A stretch of 35,963 bases of DNA from Candidatus Iainarchaeum sp. (GTDB lineage: Archaea > Iainarchaeota > Iainarchaeia > Iainarchaeales > JAFGBZ01), in the NCBI GenBank assembly GCA_016932875.1, contig JAFGBZ010000008.1:1-35963 (forward strand), in the 5' to 3' direction. Position 1 is the stretch's first letter. Every line of letters starts with the position of its first letter. Below are positions 17,485 through 26,276 of the stretch, piece by piece. The notes under the pieces were generated by a model that saw only the letters and a list, made by a program, of their open reading frames with translations, was not told where the DNA came from and searched no databases. The translations under genes were made by a program, and so were the position numbers.

Positions 17485-18594
17485 ATGGAATTAACTAATA
17501 TTGCTTTGGCTTATCAGGTGAATTTCCTTAATGAGGAATTGAAATTAGGTTTTATTAATAAACTTCAGCGTTTAGATAATGGATTTATTAAAATCAAAGT
17601 TCATACAAAAAAAGGTTCAAAGGATTTAATTATTGCTAATAATGCTGCATTCATAACTCAATATAGTTTTCCTGCTTCACAGAATTCAAGTGGTTTTGAA
17701 GGTTATGCAAAAAAAATTTTATTCAATAAAAGAATTAATGAAATCACTCAGCCGGAATATGAAAGAACTATTAAAATTGAATTTGAAGACTTTAATTTAA
17801 TATGCGAATTTTTTCCTGAATCAAATGTAATTCTTACTGACAAGCAAAACATTGTGCAGGCATTCAAAAAACAATTTAAATCAGAGAAAAGAAAAATGAA
17901 AAAAGGATTAATGTTTCCTGAAAGAGAAAAAACAAAAATAAACCCATTAAATGTTTCAGCTGAAGAAATAAAAAAAATAATTGAATCAACTAATCCTGAA
18001 AAAGCATTAATTGATGAAATAAATGCAGTTCCATTAATAATAAAAGAAGCATTAAATTCAGTTCAAAAAAATAAAGCAGGAAAACAAGAACTGAATGCAA
18101 AAAAGCTTGCTGAAAAAATCATTGAACTTCATGAAATAAATGAAAAAAAACTTTCACCTAAATTAATTGAAGGAAAAGTTTACCCTTTTGAATTAAAAAC
18201 CATTAAAAAAGAACAAAAAGAAATTGAATCAATTAATTCTGCTTTAGATGAATTATACAGAAATGAATTAGAAGGAAATCCAAAACTTGAAACAGAAAAA
18301 AAAGAAAAACAAAAATCACTGAATAAAATTGAAGCAAGCATTAAACAGCAAATGCAGGCAAAAGATAAATTCTTGGAAGAAATAAAGAAAAATCAGGAAA
18401 AAGCTGAAATGATTTACCAGAATTACACTGAAATAGAGGAAATAATCAATGCAATTAATTCAGCAGTAAAAAAAGGATTAAGAGAAAAAGAAATCATGCA
18501 AACATTCAAAGAAGCAGGCGAAAAAGGAAACAAAACAGCTTCAATGATTAAATCAATTGATTTAAAGAAAAAAGAAGTTGAAATTGAAATATAA
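17485..18594 (+). CDS. NFACT-N domain protein (Rqc2/FbpA-like ribosome quality control factor), N-domain plus coiled coil only
   Basis: The N-terminus matches the NFACT-N pattern (LTNIALAYQVNFLNEEL..GFINKLQ..; ERTIKIEFEDFNLICEFFPESNVILTD). A Lys/Glu coiled coil follows. I prefer ATG 17485 over the overlapping ATG 17404. No NFACT-R/DUF814-like segment is visible. Confidence 0.65.
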   Translation: MELTNIALAYQVNFLNEELKLGFINKLQRLDNGFIKIKVHTKKGSKDLIIANNAAFITQYSFPASQNSSGFEGYAKKILFNKRINEITQPEYERTIKIEFEDFNLICEFFPESNVILTDKQNIVQAFKKQFKSEKRKMKKGLMFPEREKTKINPLNVSAEEIKKIIESTNPEKALIDEINAVPLIIKEALNSVQKNKAGKQELNAKKLAEKIIELHEINEKKLSPKLIEGKVYPFELKTIKKEQKEIESINSALDELYRNELEGNPKLETEKKEKQKSLNKIEASIKQQMQAKDKFLEEIKKNQEKAEMIYQNYTEIEEIINAINSAVKKGLREKEIMQTFKEAGEKGNKTASMIKSIDLKKKEVEIEI

Positions 18595-18721
18595 ATTGAA
18601 GAAATATAAAAAATTGAAATATAAAAACTAATTAACAGTAGTTGAAACATAAAAATTAGTCTGAAATATAAAAATTAGTCTTCAGACTAAGCAATAAAAA
18701 GAAGAAAATAATTAGTCTTCC
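18583..18721. repeat. Degenerate short direct-repeat array (units related to TGAAATATAAAAATTAGTCTTC)
   Basis: GAAATATAAA(AA) occurs four times (~18586, ~18601, ~18616, ~18663), plus a variant GAAACATAAAAA at ~18643. AATTAGTCT occurs three times (~18654, ~18673, ~18700). The array starts inside the last codons of the NFACT-N gene and fills the convergent intergenic space. Confidence 0.6.
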
Positions 18722-18762
18722 GTTTAACTTATTGGAAAAAAAAGAAGCAGAAATAACTGTAA

Positions 18763-19044
18763 TTATTCTTTTACTTCTTCAATTTCTCTTTCATCGACAA
18801 TGAATACGTCGCTTACAGCAGTTACTGCAGAGTAAGGAATCTTAACAAGTCTGTCTTTTGAATGGACTGTTTTAGCAAACTTACTGTCCCTGTCAACTTC
18901 AACCAGTAAAGCTTCAATGTCTCCGCTGGATTCAGCTATTAACAGGTCAGAAAGGCGTCCTATTTCGTCTCCCCTGTTAGTGATTACTCTTTTAGTAGCC
19001 AACTGTCTTGCAATTGTGTACTTATACATTCCGTCATCCCTCAA
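18763..19044 (-). CDS. PRC-barrel domain protein
   Basis: 93 aa. The pattern TKRVITNRGDEIGRLSDLLIAESSGDIEALLVEVD..VKIPYSAV is typical of small archaeal PRC-barrel proteins. An alternative start is ATG 19029. Confidence 0.65.
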   Translation of the reverse strand: MRDDGMYKYTIARQLATKRVITNRGDEIGRLSDLLIAESSGDIEALLVEVDRDSKFAKTVHSKDRLVKIPYSAVTAVSDVFIVDEREIEEVKE

Positions 19045-19278
19045 AAAATATTATTTCTCTAACATAAAAAGGTTAACTAGTTTATAAATATTGCTTTTTA
19101 ATATACATAAAATAATGAATTTAATACTACTATAAGGTGAAAAAACACCAAAATCAGTTATGTATACGAGTATTTTTGGGTTATTTGCTGTTTTGAACTG
19201 GATTTTTTTACTATTTTTTTCAGATTTTTTTATAAAAAATGAAGCGTTTTTTATTTCTGTCGTTTAAATAAATTAAAG

Positions 19279-19956
19279 ATGTATAAAAAAATATTTTTTC
19301 TGGGTTTAATTTTTTTAATTTTTTTTGGATGCGTTAATTCAGGCAATGAATCAAATAACAATACAATTAATGAGGTTAATAATGCTGAAAATTTAGAAAA
19401 TGTGATTGAAAATCCGGAAGATATTTTGCCGGAAAATACAATTAATGAAAATACAGAAGAAAATAATGAAACAGTAATTGAAAATACTGAATTAAATGAA
19501 AATGAAAATAATCCAGAAGAAAATGAAATTAATAATGAAGAAGAAAATGGTTCTGATGATTCTGGTTATATGGGTGCTTTACCTGATTTGGTTGCTAAAA
19601 CTCTTATATTGAAATCAAATTCAAAAGCAGGCGATGAAAGAGCTGAATTTACTTTTGTTGTAACTAATTCTTCTCCTGTACCAATTTCATTGAATGATAA
19701 TTCAATTGTAATTAAATTAATTGATATAGATAATAATCAGGAAATTGCTTCATTTAAGGACGGCCCTTATATTGAATTAACCAGATTTCTTGCAAACGGA
19801 AGAATGGCTTATCCTTTAACCACAATAAAAAATCCTGAATTTTTAAAAACCCCGGGAATTAAAAGACTTAAAGGAATTGCAGATTATACTAATGACGTGG
19901 AAGAAAAAAACGAAGAAAACAATGAAGTTATTTATGAAATTGAAATAAAAGAATAA
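19279..19956 (+). CDS. Secreted or lipid-anchored CARDB-like protein with an Asn/Glu-rich linker
   Basis: Signal peptide ending in a lipobox-like FFGC. Low-complexity N/E region. One CARDB-like beta-sandwich (LPDLVAKTL...FTFVVTNSS...DYTNDVEEKNEENNE). Confidence 0.7.
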   Translation: MYKKIFFLGLIFLIFFGCVNSGNESNNNTINEVNNAENLENVIENPEDILPENTINENTEENNETVIENTELNENENNPEENEINNEEENGSDDSGYMGALPDLVAKTLILKSNSKAGDERAEFTFVVTNSSPVPISLNDNSIVIKLIDIDNNQEIASFKDGPYIELTRFLANGRMAYPLTTIKNPEFLKTPGIKRLKGIADYTNDVEEKNEENNEVIYEIEIKE

Positions 19957-20017
19957 ATTATAAAATTGAAAAACAAGAATTAAATACTTGATTGAATGAA
20001 GTTTATAAGGTGGTTTA

Positions 20018-20260
20018 TTGGCTGAAGCAAAAAAAAGTTTTTTTTCAAATAAATTTACATTGATTGCACTGGCTTTATTGATAGGAGTTGTTATCGGCGG
20101 TTATTTAATGCATGTATTCATCGAACCTGAATTAAATAAGGATTCAGTTTCAGAAATGAATTCCTTGAAATCAACCAATTCATTGCTTGATGAACAAGTA
20201 AGTGCTTTAAGCGACTGCTTAAAAAAAGTAAATATTGATCCTAATTCCTGCGGGAAATGA
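20018..20260 (+). CDS. Small single-pass membrane protein (80 aa), TTG start
   Basis: Strong SD AAGGTGG (20007-20013) lies 4 nt upstream of TTG 20018. TM helix FTLIALALLIGVVIGGYLMHVF, followed by a short helical tail. Confidence 0.5.
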   Translation: MAEAKKSFFSNKFTLIALALLIGVVIGGYLMHVFIEPELNKDSVSEMNSLKSTNSLLDEQVSALSDCLKKVNIDPNSCGK

Positions 20261-20261
20261 A

Positions 20262-20843
20262 TTATTTTTTAATTATTTCTCCTTTTGGTTTTATTTCTTT
20301 GAATATTTCTGCTTCAAAGAATTCGATTTTAATGTTTTTTTCTTTCCATGCATTTTTATTTAATCCTGCTTTTTCACAAGTCCATTCAAGAAATGTTTTT
20401 GAATCAATTTTATATTCTGTTGCAACCTGCGGAAGCAGTAAACCTGAATGCATTGAATCTGAAACAATTAACCCGTGTTTACCAATAATTATTTTTTTTA
20501 AAAGCTCTTCTTTTTTGCATTTGAATTCCTGCGGAGCAGTTAAAACTGAAACCTCAAAAACTATTTTTTCAAGCTCTTCTTCAATTAAAGAAGGAAATCT
20601 TGGATCCTGAAAGCATGCGTTAAATGCTGCATGAATAATTAATTCGTTTAAAGGATAAATCGGCTGAGTATAACCAATGCATCCTCTTAGTTCTTTTTCA
20701 GGAAATGCATTGATTGTAACAAATGCTCCTCCGAATTCATCTGAACTTTTTTCAGTTGATTCAAATAATTTTCTGTGATTAAAAAAATATTCAATGGATT
20801 TTCTTGCAAGTTTAACAAGTTTTTTTCCTTCAATTAAATTCAA
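20262..20843 (-). CDS. AMMECR1 domain protein
   Basis: LRGCIGYTQPIYPL matches the conserved RGCIG core. 193 aa is typical of archaeal AMMECR1 homologs. Confidence 0.85.
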   Translation of the reverse strand: MNLIEGKKLVKLARKSIEYFFNHRKLFESTEKSSDEFGGAFVTINAFPEKELRGCIGYTQPIYPLNELIIHAAFNACFQDPRFPSLIEEELEKIVFEVSVLTAPQEFKCKKEELLKKIIIGKHGLIVSDSMHSGLLLPQVATEYKIDSKTFLEWTCEKAGLNKNAWKEKNIKIEFFEAEIFKEIKPKGEIIKK

Positions 20844-20858
20844 TTAAATCACTAAAAG

Positions 20859-21455
20859 TTAATCAAATTCTCCTTTACGAATCTGAAGCATTAAATCATC
20901 AGATATTTCCCTTGTTTTTATTCTTTCTTTTTTTGATTCATTCATTGAAATCTTTTTTTCAGCTTTAACAATTATTTCTCTTGCCTGTTCAATGTAAACT
21001 GAATCAATTCTTGATTCAAGTCTTACAAGTTTTTTCTGATTTGAATTAAGAATTTCTTTGTAGGTTTTTTCATCTATTTTGCGGGTGAAAAACTTTTTTT
21101 TTGCTTCATTGAATGAATGCATTAAAGCATCTTTTTCATTTAAAAGTTCATAAAATTTATCTTTTCTTTTTCCAGTAAATTTCATTGATTCCTGAGGTTT
21201 TAGTTTCTCCAGTTTCATTTTTGCATTAAGTAAAGCAATTTCTGCATTAATTTCAATTAATTTACGCTGATTTTCAGAATTAAGCAACTGAAATGCTTCT
21301 TGCGAAATCTCACGCTTGAAAAACTTTTTTTCGCCTAAACGCAGTTCATCCTCAATTTGTTTTTTTTGTGATTCAAATTTAGCTATCTTATTAGAGTAAA
21401 AAAGCCCATGAATTTTAAGCTTTAATTTAGAAAAAACACTGCACATAAAAACCAA
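20859..21455 (-). CDS. Coiled-coil hypothetical protein with an internal duplication
   Basis: Two related segments: KKFFKREISQEAFQLLNSENQRKLIEINAEI and KKFFTRKIDEKTYKEILNSNQKKLVRLESRI. They look SHOCT-like by eye, with low certainty. Confidence 0.55.
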   Translation of the reverse strand: MVFMCSVFSKLKLKIHGLFYSNKIAKFESQKKQIEDELRLGEKKFFKREISQEAFQLLNSENQRKLIEINAEIALLNAKMKLEKLKPQESMKFTGKRKDKFYELLNEKDALMHSFNEAKKKFFTRKIDEKTYKEILNSNQKKLVRLESRIDSVYIEQAREIIVKAEKKISMNESKKERIKTREISDDLMLQIRKGEFD

Positions 21456-21497
21456 GAATAAATAAGGAAAAGAAGAATAAAAAATTATGGATTGATA

Positions 21498-21845
21498 TTA
21501 ATCAAGCGCAAGAGTTGTTTTTATTGCTATATCAACTCGATGCATTGATTCATTTGAAAGTTTTCCTATTTTTTTAATAACTCTGTCTTTAACAGAAATT
21601 GCCCTTAATTGTGTGCACAATATTGTGCTTTTTTCTTTCAGCTCAGAATCCAAAGAAGAAACAATAACAATTGTAGGATATTCTTTTTCAGGAATTTTTG
21701 AAGTTAAAGGAACAACAGTAGTTATTGAACTTAATTTATTCAAAATATTGTTTTGAACAACTAAACAAGGCCGTATTTTTCCTTGCTCTGAACCAAAAAC
21801 AGGTTCCAAATTAACTAAAACAATGTCTCCGCGTTCAACAATCAT
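21498..21845 (-). CDS. mazF: MazF/PemK-family toxin (mRNA interferase)
   Basis: GDIVLVNLEPVFGSEQGKIRPCLVV, VVPLTSK and ILCTQLRAISVKDR match the PemK/MazF fold motifs. It overlaps the upstream antitoxin gene by 11 nt. Confidence 0.85.
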   Translation of the reverse strand: MIVERGDIVLVNLEPVFGSEQGKIRPCLVVQNNILNKLSSITTVVPLTSKIPEKEYPTIVIVSSLDSELKEKSTILCTQLRAISVKDRVIKKIGKLSNESMHRVDIAIKTTLALD

Positions 21846-22104
21846 CTAAAACCACGTCAGCTTCTTTGCTTGCATGCTTCCACTCTTCATCAACTTCTTT
21901 TTCCAGCCAAGAATATTTTTCAAAATATTCCTTGATTAATTCCTCTTTTTCTTTTTGCGGTTTTTCAACAACTATTTTTTTTTCTTCTATTTTAACAATT
22001 AGTTTATCTTTTGGATTTAAACCCGCTATTTCACGAATTGATTTAGGAATTGTTATTTGTCCTCTTTCACCCATTATAGTAATACTTTCATACAAAAAAA
22101 TCAC
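21835..22104 (-). CDS. AbrB/SpoVT/MazE-type antitoxin
   Basis: The looped-hinge-helix signature RGQITIPKSIREIAGLNPKDKLIV is present, with an acidic C-terminal tail. The start is uncertain: GTG 22104 as in the ORF track, or ATG 22074. Confidence 0.8.
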   Translation of the reverse strand: MIFLYESITIMGERGQITIPKSIREIAGLNPKDKLIVKIEEKKIVVEKPQKEKEELIKEYFEKYSWLEKEVDEEWKHASKEADVVLDDC

Positions 22105-22105
22105 C

Positions 22106-22124
22106 TTACATACTTTTACATACT
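22106..22124. promoter_or_regulatory. Tandem direct repeat TTACATACT x2 (10-nt period) immediately upstream of the antitoxin gene
   Basis: Exact 9-mers at 22106-22114 and 22116-22124. They lie in the divergent intergenic region between the TA operon and the 1348-aa gene. Confidence 0.4.
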
Positions 22125-22218
22125 AAATCATATTAATTCATATTTTAAACTTATTTAAATCAACTAATACGTTTATCAACGTAATAATTTAAATAATTTG
22201 CGCTTCTGAGATTAAGAT

Positions 22219-25200
22219 ATGAATAAATTTTCGTTGTTTGTCTTAATCTTGTTTTTGTTGTTTTTCTGCGCTTGTTCTGAACAAAGCGAGGCTGAAAGGC
22301 TTGCATGCATTAATTATTCTTCTTTTTATTCTAATTCTGTTCCTGACTGCAGCAGCTCTGAAGACTGCCTTAAAAAAGTTAAAACTGCATTTAGTCTTGA
22401 AACTGAGTTTTTGAGCACAAATATTTCATGGGAAACAGACAAATATCTTTTTCACACCGCAAAATCATGGTTTTATTTTTCTGAAGCAAAAAAAAATCTT
22501 AAAGAAATTTATTCTTCATGTGTTAAAGGAAAAGAATTTTCTTCAACTGCTAAAAATGCAAATGAGTTAAGCAATAACATAAATCAGCTGTTTAAAGAAA
22601 TTGATTCGAGTACAAAAGAATCAATAATTATTCTTTCATTAATTGACGCTGAACTTAAAGAACAGGATATTAACCTTGCAAGAGAAACTGCTTTGTTCAG
22701 AACACATTCAAAAGTAATTGAAAATATTAACCAAGCAGGACATCCTGAACTGAAATTTGGTTCTGATTTATATTATGCTTCTTATCTTTCACGAGTTAAA
22801 GAATTCAAGAGTTTTCTTGAAATAAAGGAAGTGGATTTTATTGATTCGTTTAAAATTTCTGTTGCTGAACTTATTGAAAAATTTTTTCCAGAATTAAAGA
22901 AAAAAATCCCGTTCAAGGAATTTTTTGTTCCGCTTATTGCTGAAATTACAATAGAAAAAGTAAATTTATCTATTGAAGGAATGATTCTGCATGATTCGGT
23001 TGCTGTAATGAAAGGAATTAGCGCCCAGAAAGCAGTTGAAGCAATTGACGGGTTTGTTTCAGCGCAAAATAGCTCTGTTGCAATGAAATTTATTTCAATT
23101 ATAAAAGAAATTAATGAAACCAAAAAAGAATTTGAAAAAAAAATACAGGAAATGATTAATTTATCAGAAAAAAAGATAAATGCCTCAGAGGAAACCCTGA
23201 AAAATATTTCTTTCAGTTTCGATGAATTCACTTCTGAAGTGCTTCAAGAACTCGCATCAAATTCAGGGGAAGTGATTGTAAAAACAAGTGAAACTGATTT
23301 TTCACTTTCTTCATTCAAAGAAAATGAAATGAAAAAAATAAATGAAATTAAGCTTGAACTGAATGAATTTAAAATTGAAAAATCAACTGAAAAAATATCT
23401 TTAGGACAGGAATATGCAACAGCAAAAAAAATTTATGATGAAACAGAAAAAATCAGCAAAGAAATAGATTATTTCAGCAATGAAGAAAAAAATTCAATTT
23501 ATTTTTTATGCGAAAGCAGAGTATCTGAAATAAAGGAAATAATTTATGCATTCAATCAGTTTTCTTCAAATGAAATTGAAGCAGTTGCTTCAGCAGTAAA
23601 ATTCAATATTGCATTATTTGAAAAATCATCAGAAGAAAAAAAACTTGAATTATGCCCTAAAATAATCAATAAATTTATTGAATTCAGAAGCGCTGAAAAC
23701 AATGAAGAACTATTTATTGAAAACAGTGTTCTTGAAAGCAAAGAATGTGTTTTATTGCTCCGCGAAATGATTTCAAGTAAAATTTTAAGTGATTTCAGGT
23801 TTGCTTTTGAAAAACTGGTTTTAAAGGAAAACAATTATGAATCGCTTCAGGAATGCATTGGATTAAAGGAAAACATGATTAAAGCAGTGTTTGGCTCAAA
23901 AGAATTCATTGAATTTGAAGAAAACCTGACTGAATTTGAAGAAATTGTTTTATCATTGAAATTAATTCCTTCTGCTAAAAACAGTTATGGATTAGAAAAA
24001 AAGCTTGAATTTTACTCTGAATTCAAAAAAGAAAGCAAAATAACTGAATTTCTTAAAAAATCAAATTTAACTGAAGAAATCATTAAAGAAACAGAAAATG
24101 CTGAAAAAATTCTTAAAGAAGAACTTGTTTTATTTATTGAACGAAATGCATTAATTGAAACAGGGCTTAATGAAGCAGTAAAAGCAGGAGAAAAAATAAA
24201 TTCAGTTACAAAAATAAAGTTATTTAATCCTTCAAATGCTTTTGAAGAAAAAATTTCAGTTGAACTCAAATTCAGCGCAGAAAACGCTGAACTGATTTAT
24301 TCTTCTGCAGATTGCACTGCTGAATTTGAAAAAGAAAAAATTATTATTTATTTTATTTCGCTTCCTGAACGAGAAACAATTCTTGAAATCAATTCATTAA
24401 TTATGCCTGCAACTTTAACTGAAACAGAAAAACTAATTTCAATAACCCAAAATAAAGCACTTTTTATGAAAACAATTACAGTAAATGCATCGCAGAAAAT
24501 AAGCCTGCTTCAGATTGAAACAATAATACCAAATAACAGTTCAGAGATAAGCATTCTGAGAAACAGCAAATTAATTGAATTTGAAAAAACAGAGGAAAAA
24601 CTTTCTTTTTATCTTTCACAGTCTGAAAATAAGGATAAAATTGAAGTGTTTTATTCTTTTTTTAATCCGATTAAAACTGTTTTTGAGCTTTCTGAATTAA
24701 AAGATGAAACTGAAACAGAAAAAGAATACACTTACAAGTTTAAAATTGAAAACCTGCTTTCAGAGAAAATTGATTTAATTGAATTAATGCCTTTGCTTCC
24801 TTCAAATAATTCAATTGTATCACAGTTTATTGAAAATGAAAAAAACATTTCAGTTAAAACTGAAAACATGAAAACAATTATTTCAGTTAAAAATCTTCAA
24901 GCAAAAGAAAAAAGAGAATTTACTTTAATTGTAAAAACTTCACAGGAAAAAGAATTCTGGGAAAATAAATTCAATGAATTAAAAGAAGAACTGCTTATTT
25001 TAGATAAACAAGAAACTGCTGAACTTCTTGAAAAAATAAATGCCCTTGAAGCAGTATTCACTACTTCAAAGAAAAATATAACTGAATTCACTAAACTAGA
25101 AAAAGAAGCAAATGAAATAATAAAAAAAAGCAATGAAGAAAAAGAAAAAGAAGCAGAATTCATGCTTTTGCGCTTGAATGCAGAAGAAAGACTTTCAGAA

Positions 25201-26265
25201 GAAATTGCTTTACTTGAAGAAAACGAAAGCATTTCATTGCAGGAAAAATATTCTGAAATGCGCGCACTGCTCTTGCAGGCAGATGAAGCAAAATCATTAG
25301 GAAATATTGATTTGGCTCTTTCATTAATTAAAAGCTTTTCAGGAAAATTAATTGAACTGCCTTCTTCTCTTGAAAAAGATTCATTCATTGAAAGAAAAAA
25401 CGAAATAACTGGAAAAGCAAATTCAGCAGTTGAAAAAGCAGCTTCTTTAGGACTTGAAAGAAGGTTGAGCGCTGAAAAAAAAGAATTAAGTGCGTTAGAA
25501 GAAGAATTTTCTTCAGCGATTACAGAAGGAAAGCTTGGAAGCGCAGAGCAAGTGTTGCAGAAAATGAATGAAAAAGAAAAAGAACTGGAAGAGAATTTAT
25601 TGCAGGAAATACAAAGTGAAATAAATAAAGTAAAGCCAAAAATAATGGAAACTGCAAAAAAAATAAATTTAATTCCTGAAAAAATTTCTGAATTAAAAGA
25701 ATTAATGAATGAATTTGATAAAGTAAAGGATTTGATTGATTATGTTGCTCCTACAACTAAAGAAAGAATTGAATCAATTGAAAAAGAATTTAAAGAAATT
25801 CCAGTAAAAGAATTAAATGGATTGATTCATGAAATTGTTTCATTAGAAGAAGCACTAGATTATGAAAATAAATTAATTAAATTAAATGAATTTAATGAAA
25901 AATATTCTGATTCAATGAAGAAAATTGATTCACTTTATGTTGAACTGAATTCTTCAGTTGAAAAAATAATGCAGGATTCAATGGTTTATTTTAATCTTGC
26001 TTCAAAGCAGGCATCAGGAGAAAAGGCTTTAGAAGCATTGGAAAAAGCAAAGCAGGCAATAGAAGAAAAAAAATTCATTAAATCAATTGCTTTCAGTAAA
26101 ACAGCAATGCTTTCAGCTTCAACAGGAAATGAAATTGATTTAAGTGCTTTTCCAATAGCAGTAATTCCTTTCATTCTTGTAGTAGTAGGAGTGATTGCAT
26201 TTAAATGGAAGCAAAAACAAGAAGACAAAAAACCTAAAAAGAAAAAAAAAGTAAAAGGAATTTGA
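22219..26265 (+). CDS. Giant C-terminally anchored coiled-coil surface protein (1348 aa)
   Basis: Signal peptide with a Cys-containing end (LLFFCACSEQ). Long E/K/L-rich helical regions. A central beta-rich segment (~aa 640-910, for example KISVELKFSAENAELIYS and REFTLIVKT). C-terminal TM (FPIAVIPFILVVVGVIAFKW) followed by a Lys-rich tail. Confidence 0.85.
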   Translation: MNKFSLFVLILFLLFFCACSEQSEAERLACINYSSFYSNSVPDCSSSEDCLKKVKTAFSLETEFLSTNISWETDKYLFHTAKSWFYFSEAKKNLKEIYSSCVKGKEFSSTAKNANELSNNINQLFKEIDSSTKESIIILSLIDAELKEQDINLARETALFRTHSKVIENINQAGHPELKFGSDLYYASYLSRVKEFKSFLEIKEVDFIDSFKISVAELIEKFFPELKKKIPFKEFFVPLIAEITIEKVNLSIEGMILHDSVAVMKGISAQKAVEAIDGFVSAQNSSVAMKFISIIKEINETKKEFEKKIQEMINLSEKKINASEETLKNISFSFDEFTSEVLQELASNSGEVIVKTSETDFSLSSFKENEMKKINEIKLELNEFKIEKSTEKISLGQEYATAKKIYDETEKISKEIDYFSNEEKNSIYFLCESRVSEIKEIIYAFNQFSSNEIEAVASAVKFNIALFEKSSEEKKLELCPKIINKFIEFRSAENNEELFIENSVLESKECVLLLREMISSKILSDFRFAFEKLVLKENNYESLQECIGLKENMIKAVFGSKEFIEFEENLTEFEEIVLSLKLIPSAKNSYGLEKKLEFYSEFKKESKITEFLKKSNLTEEIIKETENAEKILKEELVLFIERNALIETGLNEAVKAGEKINSVTKIKLFNPSNAFEEKISVELKFSAENAELIYSSADCTAEFEKEKIIIYFISLPERETILEINSLIMPATLTETEKLISITQNKALFMKTITVNASQKISLLQIETIIPNNSSEISILRNSKLIEFEKTEEKLSFYLSQSENKDKIEVFYSFFNPIKTVFELSELKDETETEKEYTYKFKIENLLSEKIDLIELMPLLPSNNSIVSQFIENEKNISVKTENMKTIISVKNLQAKEKREFTLIVKTSQEKEFWENKFNELKEELLILDKQETAELLEKINALEAVFTTSKKNITEFTKLEKEANEIIKKSNEEKEKEAEFMLLRLNAEERLSEEIALLEENESISLQEKYSEMRALLLQADEAKSLGNIDLALSLIKSFSGKLIELPSSLEKDSFIERKNEITGKANSAVEKAASLGLERRLSAEKKELSALEEEFSSAITEGKLGSAEQVLQKMNEKEKELEENLLQEIQSEINKVKPKIMETAKKINLIPEKISELKELMNEFDKVKDLIDYVAPTTKERIESIEKEFKEIPVKELNGLIHEIVSLEEALDYENKLIKLNEFNEKYSDSMKKIDSLYVELNSSVEKIMQDSMVYFNLASKQASGEKALEALEKAKQAIEEKKFIKSIAFSKTAMLSASTGNEIDLSAFPIAVIPFILVVVGVIAFKWKQKQEDKKPKKKKKVKGI

Positions 26266-26276
26266 TTAATTCCTTT
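26254..26276. terminator. Perfect 9-bp hairpin (AAAGGAATT-TGATT-AATTCCTTT) covering both convergent stop codons
   Basis: Arms at 26254-26262 and 26268-26276. The plus-strand TGA (26263-26265) sits in the loop. The minus-strand TAA (complement of 26275-26277) overlaps the right arm. An A-run lies upstream (T-run on the minus strand). Confidence 0.5.

Noticed and set aside
18583-18721. Possible CRISPR array
   Set aside because: The repeats are about 12-22 nt, degenerate and nearly contiguous, without unique spacers of regular length. No cas genes are in the window.
20258-20264. Convergent stops of the 80-aa membrane ORF and AMMECR1 only 1 nt apart
   Set aside because: This fits the general genome compaction seen throughout the window. 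There is no associated structure, so it is not reported as a separate finding.
20257-20610. 117-aa plus-strand ORF overlapping AMMECR1
   Set aside because: It is antisense to a gene carrying the RGCIG signature, and its translation is low-complexity.
22782-26228. Minus-strand ORFs inside the 1348-aa coiled-coil gene (up to 163 aa)
   Set aside because: This is a typical shadow-ORF artefact of a GAA/AAA-rich coding strand. The translations are Ser/Phe-rich with no start-site support.
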